From Candidatus Micrarchaeota archaeon (lineage in GTDB: Archaea > Micrarchaeota > Micrarchaeia > Anstonellales > Bilamarchaeaceae): DNA of 27,964 nt. The notes under the pieces are model-generated. The model had not been told where the DNA came from. It saw nothing but the letters and a program-made list of their open reading frames with translations, and did not search any database. The stretch lies in the NCBI GenBank assembly GCA_041694885.1, contig JBGFRX010000026.1, positions 1 through 27,964 of the forward strand. The letters run 5' to 3'. Numbering within the stretch: position 1 is the first letter of the stretch; every line of letters starts with the position of its first letter. The translations under genes and the position numbers were made by a program. Shown here one piece after another: positions 1 through 8,280 of the stretch.

Positions 1-15
1 AAGTCCTCCTAAATC

Positions 16-23
16 TTTAAAAA
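16..23 (+). promoter_or_regulatory. Putative archaeal TATA box for the ribosomal protein operon
   Basis: TTTAAAAA at 16-23; would give a ~210-nt leader before rpl3. Confidence 0.5.
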
Positions 24-74
24 CCCTTCCTCCTAAATTTCCTTCTGCTCATTATCTTAACGGCAACCCAAAAG

Positions 75-130
75 AGTTTTCAGTTCCGCGTTCCCCGTTT
101 TGAAACGGGAAACCGAAAACCGGGAACTGA
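75..130. repeat. Heptamer-period inverted repeat (hairpin-forming)
   Basis: agttttc agttccg cgttccc cgttttg | aaacggg aaaccga aaaccgg gaactga; flanked by cccaa (67-71) / ttggg (132-136). Confidence 0.8.
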
Positions 131-174
131 GTTGGGCAATGCAGGAAGGATAAGTTTTGTGCGGTTTAGTTTCC

Positions 175-230
175 AAAACGCAGAGTGCGAAACCGAAGAG
201 TCGAAACTGAAAATCCGGAACCGGGAACCA
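175..230. repeat. Degenerate heptamer tandem array
   Basis: aaaacgc agagtgc gaaaccg aagagtc gaaactg aaaatcc ggaaccg ggaacca. Confidence 0.7.
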
Positions 231-258
231 CCTGATAAAAAGCAAAATGTGAATATAT

Positions 259-1200
259 ATGGATTTGAGGCGCCCGAGAAGGGGCTCGCGCGGATTCAGG
301 CCAAGGAAAAGGGCAGAAACGCAGGTAGCCACTATGTGGTGGCCCTCCAGGAGCGAGAGCAGGGTCCTTGGATTCGCGGGCTACAAAGCAGGTATGACCA
401 CGGTGGCGTACATTGACCAGAGCGAAAGTCCTACCAAAGGGCAGGAAGTAGTGGGCGCGGGAACTGTATTGGAAGTGCCTCCGGTTTACGTTTACGGAAT
501 ACGTGGCTATAAGCAGGGGAAAATCATAGGCGACGTGCTCGTTTCCGACGAAGCGAAACTGAAAATTCTGGGGATGAAGAAAGCGAAGAAATCCGAGATT
601 GCTGAAGACAATATCGACGATTTGCGGATTCTTGTCTATACGCAGCCGAACAGGACGTTCATAGGGAAGAAGCATCCGGAAAGATTCGAGCTCGGACTGG
701 GGGGGAAGAACGCAAAGGAAAAACTGGCGCTCGCGAAGAATTTTTTGGGAAAGGAACTCAGGGCAAAGGACGTTTTCAAGGCAGGAGAAGTAATTGATGT
801 CGTCGCGATTACGAAGGGCAAGGGATGGCAGGGCGCTGTCAAGAGATTCGGCTCGAATTTGCAGAGGCCCAAGGCAACAGGGAAACGGAGGCACGTGGGA
901 ACTTTGGGACAATGGCATCCTTCTTATGTGCTTTACACTGTTCCGCAGGCAGGGCAGACCGGCTATCACAAGCGCACTGAGCTGAACAAGTCCATACTCA
1001 GGATTTCCGAGAATGTGGATGAAGTAAATCCGAATGGCGGATTCCCGCACTATGGGTTCGTGAAGAACGATTTTGTAGTGATAAAGGGGAGCGTGCCGGG
1101 CCCTGCGAAGCGGCTGGTGAAGATGCGCGTCTCGGCAAGGAACAGTGGGCAGTACAAGGAAGCGAAACTCACTTACCTCTCCAATGAACCAAAGCAGTGA
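259..1200 (+). CDS. rpl3: 50S ribosomal protein L3 (uL3)
   Basis: N-terminal RPRRGSRGFRPRKRA, GFAGYKAGMT, ITKGKGWQGAVKRFG, GQTGYHKRTELNK, GSVPGPAKR. Confidence 0.98.
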   Translation: MDLRRPRRGSRGFRPRKRAETQVATMWWPSRSESRVLGFAGYKAGMTTVAYIDQSESPTKGQEVVGAGTVLEVPPVYVYGIRGYKQGKIIGDVLVSDEAKLKILGMKKAKKSEIAEDNIDDLRILVYTQPNRTFIGKKHPERFELGLGGKNAKEKLALAKNFLGKELRAKDVFKAGEVIDVVAITKGKGWQGAVKRFGSNLQRPKATGKRRHVGTLGQWHPSYVLYTVPQAGQTGYHKRTELNKSILRISENVDEVNPNGGFPHYGFVKNDFVVIKGSVPGPAKRLVKMRVSARNSGQYKEAKLTYLSNEPKQ

Positions 1201-1205
1201 TAGTC

Positions 1206-1994
1206 ATGAAAACGGGAATATACTCTATTGAAGGAAAAATGGAGAAGACGATGGAGCTTCCTGCATGCTTTTCAGAGGCAGTACGCGAAGACCTCATAAA
1301 GAGGGCGGTGCTCAGCGACGAGAGCCGACTGTACCAGCCAAAGGGCGCATTCCGCCGGGCAGGGCTGCAGACCTCTGCAGTTTACGATGGAAGAAAAGAT
1401 GACTTCGGCTCGCTCAAGAACAAGGGCGTAGCGAAGCTGCCTCGCGAAGTGGGCGCAAAGGGCCAGCATGGAAAGGTGAAGAGGATTCCGAGCGCTGTGA
1501 AGGGAAGAAGGGCACACCCCCCTAAATCGCAGAAGGTGCTTATTGAGGAGATAAATGAAAAGGAATACAGAAAAGCGCTCAGGAGCGCGATTGCTGCAAC
1601 GCAGAATGCTGCGCTCGCGAAAAAGAGGGGGCATATTTTCGACACTGCGAAAATCCCGATTGTTATGGAAAATTCATTCGAAGGGATGAATAAGACGAAG
1701 GACGTCCTTTCCCTTTTTGAAAAAATGGGAATTGCCAGGGATGTGGAAAAGGCGAAGGAAAACACGAAGGCGCTGAGCGGGACGAGAAAAACGAGGACTA
1801 AATCCAGATATGTGCCGAAATCCGTGCTGGTGGTGGTGAAGGACGGCGCTGTGCTGTGTGCTGCGCGCAACCTTGCAGGAGTGGAGGCAGTGAAGGTCTC
1901 CGAGCTCAATGTGAAGCATCTCGCTCCGGGAACGCACCCCGGGCGTTTGACTGTGTTTTCCGCGAACGCAATTGAGGAACTGAAAAAAATTTAG
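1206..1994 (+). CDS. rpl4: 50S ribosomal protein L4 (uL4)
   Basis: VREDLIKRAV, GRRAHPPK, ARNLAGVE, LAPGTHPGRLTVFS; operon position; alternative GTG start at 1197. Confidence 0.97.
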   Translation: MKTGIYSIEGKMEKTMELPACFSEAVREDLIKRAVLSDESRLYQPKGAFRRAGLQTSAVYDGRKDDFGSLKNKGVAKLPREVGAKGQHGKVKRIPSAVKGRRAHPPKSQKVLIEEINEKEYRKALRSAIAATQNAALAKKRGHIFDTAKIPIVMENSFEGMNKTKDVLSLFEKMGIARDVEKAKENTKALSGTRKTRTKSRYVPKSVLVVVKDGAVLCAARNLAGVEAVKVSELNVKHLAPGTHPGRLTVFSANAIEELKKI

Positions 1995-2003
1995 GTGGAA
2001 TGA

Positions 2004-2252
2004 ATGTTCATAATTGCTCCTGTAAAAACGGAAAAGGCAGTTGCGAAGATGGAATTCGACAACATGGTTACGTTCGCGGTTGCCGACGAGGCAACGAAGG
2101 GCAAGGTAAAGGAGGAAGTGGAGAAGATGTTCAGAGTGAAAGTCGCCTCCGTACGGATCCACAACAGGGAGAAAGGAGGGAAGCGCGCGATTGTGAAATT
2201 GGCAAAGGGCTCGAAGATGGATGAGATAGCGGAGAAGCTCAAATTGGTATGA
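2004..2252 (+). CDS. rpl23: 50S ribosomal protein L23 (uL23)
   Basis: PVKTEKA, ATKGKVKEEVEKMFRVKV, GKRAIVKL; operon position. Confidence 0.96.
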   Translation: MFIIAPVKTEKAVAKMEFDNMVTFAVADEATKGKVKEEVEKMFRVKVASVRIHNREKGGKRAIVKLAKGSKMDEIAEKLKLV

Positions 2253-2274
2253 TAAGATAAAATCTAAATAATGC

Positions 2275-2309
2275 AAAATACGAAACTGGAAACAGGAAAC
2301 CGAAAGATG
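2275..2309. repeat. Heptamer tandem array in the rpl23-rpl2 spacer
   Basis: aaaatac gaaactg gaaacag gaaaccg aaagatg. Confidence 0.7.
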
Positions 2310-2316
2310 ATGGCAG

Positions 2317-3072
2317 ATGGGGAAAAGATTAAAACAACAGAGACGGGGGGACGGAACGCCTGCTTACAGGGCGCCCAGTGCACGATATAAGGTTGATTTG
2401 CAGTATAGACCTTACGACGACGAGGAAAAGGCAGGAGTTCTCAGGGGCCAGATAGTTGATTTCATAGATGATCCAGGAAGGGACGCAATTGTGATGGAAG
2501 TGCTTTACGAGAACGGGGAAAGGGCCTATCTGCTCGCGCACGAAGGCGCTGCCGCGGGGGACTACGTGGAAGCAGGAGCGCAAGCGAAGATAAGTTCTGG
2601 AAACGTGCTTCCGCTCTACCGGCTTCCTGATGGCGCATATATATTCAATGTGGAGAGAAACCCAGGGGACAGAGGGAAGATGATAAGGACTCCGGGCTCG
2701 TACGCGATAATCGTATCGAGGGAAAAGGACATCGTTTACGTGAAGCTGCCCAGCAGGCAGACGCTCACGCTCTCTGCTGATTGCAGGGCGCAGGTTGGAA
2801 TAGTCAGTGGAGGAGGAAGGGGGGAGAAGCCGCTGCTCAAGGCAGGGAATGCGTTCTACAAATACCATGTCGCGAGGAACCGCATGTGGCCCCGCAGCAG
2901 GGGAGTGAAGATGAGCGTTTATAACCACCCGCACGGAGGGAAGCAGCACCACGAAGGCAAGCCAACAACGGTTGCAAGAGGCACTCCTCCAGGAAGGAAG
3001 GTCGGGCACATAGCAGCGAGATCAACTGGAAGGAAGAAAGCGGTTAGGGCTGTAGAAGGGGGCACGCAGTGA
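2317..3072 (+). CDS. rpl2: 50S ribosomal protein L2 (uL2)
   Basis: MGKRLKQQRRG, DPGR, WPRSRGVKM, HPHGG, PPGRKVGHIAARSTG. Confidence 0.98.
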   Translation: MGKRLKQQRRGDGTPAYRAPSARYKVDLQYRPYDDEEKAGVLRGQIVDFIDDPGRDAIVMEVLYENGERAYLLAHEGAAAGDYVEAGAQAKISSGNVLPLYRLPDGAYIFNVERNPGDRGKMIRTPGSYAIIVSREKDIVYVKLPSRQTLTLSADCRAQVGIVSGGGRGEKPLLKAGNAFYKYHVARNRMWPRSRGVKMSVYNHPHGGKQHHEGKPTTVARGTPPGRKVGHIAARSTGRKKAVRAVEGGTQ

Positions 3073-3093
3073 AAAACAAAGAGGGGATAAGTT

Positions 3094-3489
3094 ATGAGAA
3101 GGGACGTTTATAGGGGCTTTGAAGAAGCGCAATTGAAGGACATGTCTGTGGAAAAATTCATGGGCCTGCTTACCTCGCGGGAGCGCAGGACTCTCAAGCG
3201 CATCGTCACGAATATCGGACTGAAGAAACTGGTTGCGAAGGCGAAGGAAGTGAAGGCGAAGAACCCGAAGAAAGTGATAAGGACGCACGTGCGCGAGGCA
3301 GTTATACTTCCGGAATGGCTCGGGCTCACGTTCGGAGTGCACAACGGAAAGGAATTCAGGAGCGTTATGATAACCATGGAGAAGCTTGGGAAACGGCTGG
3401 GCGATTTCGTGCACACAACCGGAAGGGTCATACACGCAGGGCCGGGAATAGGGGCCACAAGGGGCTCGAAATTCGTTGCTGTCAAATGA
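3094..3489 (+). CDS. rps19: 30S ribosomal protein S19 (uS19)
   Basis: IRTHVREAVILPEWLG, VHNGKEF, GPGIGATRGSKFV. Confidence 0.97.
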   Translation: MRRDVYRGFEEAQLKDMSVEKFMGLLTSRERRTLKRIVTNIGLKKLVAKAKEVKAKNPKKVIRTHVREAVILPEWLGLTFGVHNGKEFRSVMITMEKLGKRLGDFVHTTGRVIHAGPGIGATRGSKFVAVK

Positions 3490-3497
3490 TGATTTGC

Positions 3498-4178
3498 ATG
3501 TACTCATACAAATTCGACGAAAACATTTATGGAAAGGCGCGGCTCGAGGGCGCTGACGCGAGCTACAAGGACCTCGCCGAGGTGTGCTCGAACATACGCG
3601 GAAAATCCGGAAGCGGCGCGCTCTCCCTTCTCGAGAAGGCGAGCAGGGGCGAATTCCCGATCCTTTACAGGAAGTACATTTCCAAACTGGCGCACAGGAG
3701 GGAACTGGGTGGAAGACCGGGAAGGTATCCGGAAAAGGCGGCGCGCCTCGTGCTCGGAACCCTTAAGAGCGCTATTGCATCGGCGAAGGCGAAGGGCATG
3801 AGCGAGGACTTGATAGTTGTGCATGCTGCTGCGAACAAGAAGGAAGTGTTCCCCCGTCTTTCGCCGAAAGGGGGAAAGAGGACGCGCTCCTATTACGAGA
3901 CAGCCCGTGTGGAAATAGTCGTAAGGGAAAGGAATCCTGTTTCTAAGAAGGCGGAAAAGGAATCTGAAGCTGCAGGAAAAGCAAAAAAAGAGGACGCGAA
4001 AACGACTGCTGGGAAAAAAACCGGGGAGACGCTGCAGATTGCACAGAAGCCAGAAGCGCAGGCAGCCAAACCGGATGCGGCAGGCGCGAAGCCTGCAGAA
4101 GAAAAAAAGGCAGCTCCTGCAAAACCTGAGAAGGAAGACGTGAAGCGGAAAGAAATTACTGCAGGGGAAGTCAAATGA
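3498..4178 (+). CDS. rpl22: 50S ribosomal protein L22 (uL22) with long K/A/E/P-rich C-terminal tail
   Basis: SYKDLAEVCSNIRG, HRR..GRYPEKAA, IVVHAAANK, TARVEIVV; start moved to the ATG at 3498, after the rps19 stop. Confidence 0.95.
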   Translation: MYSYKFDENIYGKARLEGADASYKDLAEVCSNIRGKSGSGALSLLEKASRGEFPILYRKYISKLAHRRELGGRPGRYPEKAARLVLGTLKSAIASAKAKGMSEDLIVVHAAANKKEVFPRLSPKGGKRTRSYYETARVEIVVRERNPVSKKAEKESEAAGKAKKEDAKTTAGKKTGETLQIAQKPEAQAAKPDAAGAKPAEEKKAAPAKPEKEDVKRKEITAGEVK

Positions 4179-4248
4179 TAACGCGAATGGATGAAATGAT
4201 CACTAATGAAATGGGGATTTTACGGAGTAAAATAAAAAAGGTGTATTG

Positions 4249-4896
4249 ATGGTTTACGAGAAAAAATTCATTGAGGAGCCGATTGTGCAGTATGAGATAA
4301 TGAAATTCCTCCAGAAAGAGCTGGACCGCACGGACCTCGCCAATATAGATATACAGAGGACTCCGGTTGTGACCAGGATAACGCTCGAGGTCATGAACCC
4401 AGGCAGGATAATAGGAAGGAGAGGGGGCGTGATAAACCGCCTTAGCGAGATGCTCCAGCAAAAGTTCACGATAAAGAACCCGCAGATAAGCGTAGTAGAA
4501 GTGGCGAAGCCGTCGCTCGAACCGCGCATAGTCGGGAGGCGCGCTGCGAAGATGCTCGAGATGGGAAAGAAAGCGAGGATGATATTGCATTTCCTCCTCA
4601 GGGACATAATGGCAGCAGGCGCAATAGGCGCGGAAATAACCGTCTCAGGGGCGATGAGCAAGGGAAGCAGGGCGAAGAGCATGACTGCGAAAACCGGTTT
4701 CATCCCGAAGGCAGGGGAGCCCGCGCGGCTCGTGAAGGAGGCGCACGTTACGTCGGTCACCAAATTCGGGGCAATAGGGATATTTGTGCGCATAGTTCCT
4801 CCGGGAACGCAGTTCCCGGACAAGGTGAATGTGGAGCCGGAGCTGCCGAAAGTGATAAAGGCGGCTGCTGCACCTGGAGAAAAGGTTGCTGTATAG
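4249..4896 (+). CDS. rps3: 30S ribosomal protein S3 (uS3)
   Basis: KH motif PGRIIGRRG, AGAIGAEITVSG, GAIGIFVRIVPP. Confidence 0.97.
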   Translation: MVYEKKFIEEPIVQYEIMKFLQKELDRTDLANIDIQRTPVVTRITLEVMNPGRIIGRRGGVINRLSEMLQQKFTIKNPQISVVEVAKPSLEPRIVGRRAAKMLEMGKKARMILHFLLRDIMAAGAIGAEITVSGAMSKGSRAKSMTAKTGFIPKAGEPARLVKEAHVTSVTKFGAIGIFVRIVPPGTQFPDKVNVEPELPKVIKAAAAPGEKVAV

Positions 4897-4905
4897 GTGA
4901 TTTTT

Positions 4906-5166
4906 ATGTCGATGAAAATGGGAGAAATAAGAGCGATGAACGAGGATGCGCTTAAGAAGAAGCTGCATGAGCTGGAGATGGAGCTCGTGGCTGGCCAGCT
5001 AACGAAGGCGCGCTCCCTGGGCATTTCCATCGCTCGCATAAAGACCTACATTTCACAGATGAAGAAGCACCTCGCATATGAGCACAAGCGCAGCGGAAAG
5101 CGGCCAATCGTCGGGAAGCCGAAAATAGTCGCGGAGAAATCTTTATATACGGGTAAGGAGCAATAA
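4906..5166 (+). CDS. rpl29: 50S ribosomal protein L29 (uL29) with basic C-terminal extension
   Basis: EIRAMNEDALKKKLHELEMEL, SIARIKTYI; GGTGA RBS upstream; operon position. Confidence 0.88.
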   Translation: MSMKMGEIRAMNEDALKKKLHELEMELVAGQLTKARSLGISIARIKTYISQMKKHLAYEHKRSGKRPIVGKPKIVAEKSLYTGKEQ

Positions 5167-5183
5167 CGTTCAGGTGGAAAATT

Positions 5184-5498
5184 TTGCCAGAAAATTGCAG
5201 CAAGTGCGGGCTTTTGAAGGACCTCTGCGTATGCGAAGTATTGGAGAAGGAGGATGCAAAGAAAATCACTGCTTATGCCACTGCCAAGAAATTCAAGAAA
5301 CTCGTCACCGTCCTTGAAGGGATAGACAAAGGGCGTTTGGACGAGACGGCTAAGGAGCTCAAGCACAAGCTCGCGTGCGGAGGAACCGCGAAGGACGGAT
5401 TGATAATTCTTCAGGGAGACCATACCCGCAAGATCAAGAATGTCCTAACTGCAATGGGCTATCCTGCTGAAGTCATTATAGTTCTCGGAAAGAAATAG
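5184..5498 (+). CDS. sui1: Translation initiation factor aIF1/SUI1 homolog
   Basis: CSKCGLLKDLCVCE, VTVLEGID, LKHKLACGGTAKDG, LQGDH; TTG start after AGGTGG. Confidence 0.95.
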   Translation: MPENCSKCGLLKDLCVCEVLEKEDAKKITAYATAKKFKKLVTVLEGIDKGRLDETAKELKHKLACGGTAKDGLIILQGDHTRKIKNVLTAMGYPAEVIIVLGKK

Positions 5499-5584
5499 CG
5501 GATTTGGAATTCTGCGCGTAGAAAATATCCGATTTGCGTATAGGTTAAAGAATTTTCCCATCAGATAGAAGAGAAGGTGATTCA

Positions 5585-5740
5585 ATGTCCATAGTGGAAT
5601 ACGACGAATACAAAGGAAACAAGCTCATAGTTCTCAAGAAGGACGAGAACGACCAGTACGCCTTCAAGTTCGGCAAGACCAAGGCGAAGCTTATCGTGGA
5701 GAATTTCGATGCGATAAAGCAGTTCGCTGAAGAGGAATAG
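5585..5740 (+). CDS. Small hypothetical protein, 51 aa (not in ORF track)
   Basis: ATG at 5585 after AGGTGA RBS; MSIVEYDEYKGNKLIVLKKDENDQYAFKFGKTKAKLIVENFDAIKQFAEEE, TAG ending 5740; codon choice like highly expressed genes. Confidence 0.85.
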   Translation: MSIVEYDEYKGNKLIVLKKDENDQYAFKFGKTKAKLIVENFDAIKQFAEEE

Positions 5741-5748
5741 TGGCTCGC

Positions 5749-6264
5749 ATGCCGAACCCATGCGGATTGTGCAGGGCAACGTGCTGCAAGGACTACGTGA
5801 TAACAGTAACCTCTTTCGATGTCGCGCGGATAATAGAAAGGACTGGGATGGAGTTCTGGGAATTCGCAGCGCTCGAGCCGCTGCGCCTCATCAGTTACGA
5901 CAACAATACAGTGCTCGAATGCTACGAGAAAAATGGAAGGGGGGCGCTGAGGTATGATTACGTGCTCGCGTTCAAGTCCCACCCCTGCGTTTTCCTGGAA
6001 AAGGACAGGTGTTTGATATACGCGTTCGCGCCGCCCGTTTGCCGCCTCTATCCTTACAATTCCCTGGGGAAGATGCTCAAGGGTGCGAGGTGCCCCGTTC
6101 TTTCAAATGCACTTTTCCGGCTCAAGGGAAGCGAAGAAGGAAAGAAAGAGTATAGAAACCAAATTGTCGCGTACGGGAAATTAGTGGCAGAATGGAACGG
6201 GAAAAAGGGAAATAAAAAAGACTGCATAAAGTTTCTGCTTGGAAGAAGTAAAGGAAAAAAATAA
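5749..6264 (+). CDS. YkgJ/UPF0153-family CxxCxxCC cysteine-cluster protein
   Basis: CGLCRATCC, PCVFL...CLIYAFAPPVCRLYPY. Confidence 0.9.
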   Translation: MPNPCGLCRATCCKDYVITVTSFDVARIIERTGMEFWEFAALEPLRLISYDNNTVLECYEKNGRGALRYDYVLAFKSHPCVFLEKDRCLIYAFAPPVCRLYPYNSLGKMLKGARCPVLSNALFRLKGSEEGKKEYRNQIVAYGKLVAEWNGKKGNKKDCIKFLLGRSKGKK

Positions 6265-6273
6265 GAAAAATAA

Positions 6274-6687
6274 TCACTTGGGTTGGGTCTGTAAATAAAT
6301 TTCCTTTTCTATCGCTTCCTTGGAAAGGAAATCAGCAATTTCATTTTTCTCCCTGGGCACCCATTTGAATTTCACTTTCATTTCCTTCCTTGTCATATCT
6401 ATTTTCCGCTTTAACTCGCGGAGGTGGGGCATCTTCACTTTGTATTCGCCGTTCATCTGCCTTATCAGGAGTTCGCTGTCGCTTCTTATTTCAACTTCAG
6501 CTTCGTTCATCTCCTTCGCGAATTCGAGCGCCCTCAAAACAGCCGTGTATTCTGCCATATTGTTCGTTCCTTTTCCCGAATATTCGCTTATTTTTTTTGT
6601 CAATTCCCCTTCTTTGTAAACCGCTATTCCTATTCCCATTGGTCCCGGGTTCCCAAAGGAGGCGCCGTCCGTGTGGATTACGAGCAT
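6274..6687 (-). CDS. rnhA: Ribonuclease HI
   Basis: TDGASFGNPGP, TNNMAEYTA, SDSELLIRQMNGEYKVK, WVPREKNEIAD. Confidence 0.96.
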   Translation of the reverse strand: MLVIHTDGASFGNPGPMGIGIAVYKEGELTKKISEYSGKGTNNMAEYTAVLRALEFAKEMNEAEVEIRSDSELLIRQMNGEYKVKMPHLRELKRKIDMTRKEMKVKFKWVPREKNEIADFLSKEAIEKEIYLQTQPK

Positions 6688-6718
6688 TTTACCAGACCCG
6701 GGCCTGCGGGGATTTGCA

Positions 6719-7393
6719 TCACCGTTTGTATTTCACTGTGATGTTCAGTGTGTCGGACGAGTTGAACCGGTGGCTGCAGTTGTTGCAGGAATAGGCGCGT
6801 GCAACAACGCCGAAATCCCCGGTAGAGAAATAAATGTGGGAAATGTGCGCTATGCCGCTTTGCGTTGGGCTCTCCCAGTCCATGCGGCCATCACCGTAAT
6901 CAATTGAAATGTTTTTCACTGCCCCCGAGAAAGTAAGCATGAAGTTCACGCTCTCGTTCCTGTAAAAAACCATGTTTGCAGCTGGAGATAGTATTTGTAT
7001 GATATTGGTGGGGATTTCGCAGCACTCTTGCTTCTTTTTGATTGAACAGGTTGTGCGTGAAAGCACGTTGTCGTCCTGCTGGCAGTACTGGCCGCACTGC
7101 GCTGAGTAGTTCATCGTGCAAAACGATGTCTTGAACAGCCCGAAGAACCAGCCCGAATCGCATCTCAGAAGGGAATAACCATCTGGGCACGCTGGGCAGA
7201 AAATCCAGCCCTCGCGCGTTTCCTCCTTCCTGCACGCGAACGATGCAGAAAGGGTCGAGCAGTTCATTTCCGAAATCAGGAGCTCGGCGCACTGCCTGGG
7301 CGCCTCCTTTCCGCATTCGCCGCACACTGTCTGGGAATATTGGGCGAAGGAAAGGGAAAGCAATGCGAACAGCAGGAGAATATATTTGTGCAT
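6719..7393 (-). CDS. Secreted Cys-rich protein with C-terminal PKD-like domain
   Basis: Signal peptide MHKYILLLFALLSLSFA; 16 Cys; PKD signature IDYGDG...SHIYFSTGDFGVV. Confidence 0.8.
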   Translation of the reverse strand: MHKYILLLFALLSLSFAQYSQTVCGECGKEAPRQCAELLISEMNCSTLSASFACRKEETREGWIFCPACPDGYSLLRCDSGWFFGLFKTSFCTMNYSAQCGQYCQQDDNVLSRTTCSIKKKQECCEIPTNIIQILSPAANMVFYRNESVNFMLTFSGAVKNISIDYGDGRMDWESPTQSGIAHISHIYFSTGDFGVVARAYSCNNCSHRFNSSDTLNITVKYKR

Positions 7394-7604
7394 GTGGAAT
7401 TTTAGGATATAAAGAATTAAAACGTGCGCGCGATTGCATGAAGTGGGAAAAGTCAGGGGTTTGGGAAAGATTGTAAACTGTGCAGCGAAGAAAGCCACTA
7501 CGGTAATAGGATTGCTGAAGCGATGAGAAATTCAAGAACAAAATCCAGGCATTGCGCAGTAGCTGATCCTGAAAGAAAAAAATTCCCGGGAGCAGGCGCT
7601 CAGG

Positions 7605-7612
7605 TTTATAAA
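7605..7612 (+). promoter_or_regulatory. Putative TATA box for the CBS gene
   Basis: TTTATAAA inside palindrome aggtttataaacct (7602-7615), ~24 nt before the ATG at 7636, consistent with a near-leaderless transcript. Confidence 0.55.
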
Positions 7613-7635
7613 CCTTTTATGGCACAATTATTTCC

Positions 7636-8058
7636 ATGAGTTCAGAACTTAAAGTAGGAGACGTAATGACGAAAAAAGTGATAGTGATAGACAAGGGTAG
7701 CTCTCTGACCGAGGCGGCGAAGATAATGAGGAAGCACGACATTGGTTCCATTGTTGTGGTGGAGGGAAAGGCCGCAATCGGAATAATAACCGAGCGCGAT
7801 ATCGTGCACAAGGTTCTCGCAGCAGGAAAGGATCCCTTGAAAATGAAGGTTGATGAAGTGATGTCAAGGCCCCTCAGGGTTGTCAAGCCGACCGCTTCCC
7901 TGGAAGAGGCGGCGAAGGCGATGAAAGGCAACAGGATAAAGCGGCTCCCTGTGATAAACGAGCAGAAGGAACTCATAGGGATACTCAGCGAAGGGGACCT
8001 GGCGCGACTTCTTCCCTCTGTCGTGGATTTGATAGAGGAAAGGGCTTTACTAAAGTAA
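7636..8058 (+). CDS. Tandem CBS-domain protein
   Basis: KVGDVMTK, IGSIVVV, GIITERDI, IKRLPV, GILSEGD. Confidence 0.95.
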   Translation: MSSELKVGDVMTKKVIVIDKGSSLTEAAKIMRKHDIGSIVVVEGKAAIGIITERDIVHKVLAAGKDPLKMKVDEVMSRPLRVVKPTASLEEAAKAMKGNRIKRLPVINEQKELIGILSEGDLARLLPSVVDLIEERALLK

Positions 8059-8067
8059 CTAAATACT

Positions 8068-8259
8068 GACTCTGTGCACGGATGGCGGCTTGAGCTTTAA
8101 GCTGTGATTGAACCGTCAACAGTGCACAGGTCTCTCCTACTGATTTTGTTTTGGGCTCTTGGGCATGAGCTTTTGCTCTGCTCGAAGAAGCGAAAAATGC
8201 ACCTTGAAGCCGGAGTGGTTCCGAACGCCAAAAAGGGGCGAAACCCCGGCACAGGATGC
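8068..8259 (+). ncRNA. Candidate structured RNA (three consecutive hairpins), unclassified
   Basis: ctgtgcac/gtgcacag with gatgg/ccgtc; gggca-gagc-tttt-gctc-tgctc; gcaccttg-gccgg / ccggc-caggatgc. Confidence 0.3.
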
Positions 8260-8280
8260 TGGAAACAGAAGGAGGGGAAA

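Noticed and set aside
75..230. CRISPR array
   Set aside because: Units are 7-nt degenerate tandem repeats with no spacers, and no cas genes are present
3315..3497. N-terminal extensions in the ORF track (L22 from 3315; also toprim from 8104, PKD protein from 7498, and the 17141 and 13147 starts)
   Set aside because: They overlap neighbouring genes or structured spacers; downstream ATGs match the family start, RBS or signal peptide
7443..7526. 27-aa cationic peptide ORF (MGKVRGLGKIVNCAAKKATTVIGLLKR)
   Set aside because: GTG start without a clear RBS or promoter; such a short ORF is expected by chance
8080..8143. Fluoride riboswitch or C/D box sRNA
   Set aside because: Scattered words (gatgg, aaccg, ctcctac, gtgattg, ctga) are present, but order and spacing do not match either consensus
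8209..8250. tRNA-like fragment on the minus strand (GCCGGGG...GTTCG...CTCCGGC)
   Set aside because: Only 42 nt, with no D or anticodon arm and no proper 5-bp T stem
8034..8280. RNase P RNA (gaggaaag at ~8035; gaaacagaaggagg at ~8262)
   Set aside because: The 5' motif lies in the CBS coding sequence and cannot form P4 with the 3' motif; ggagg is better explained as the toprim RBS
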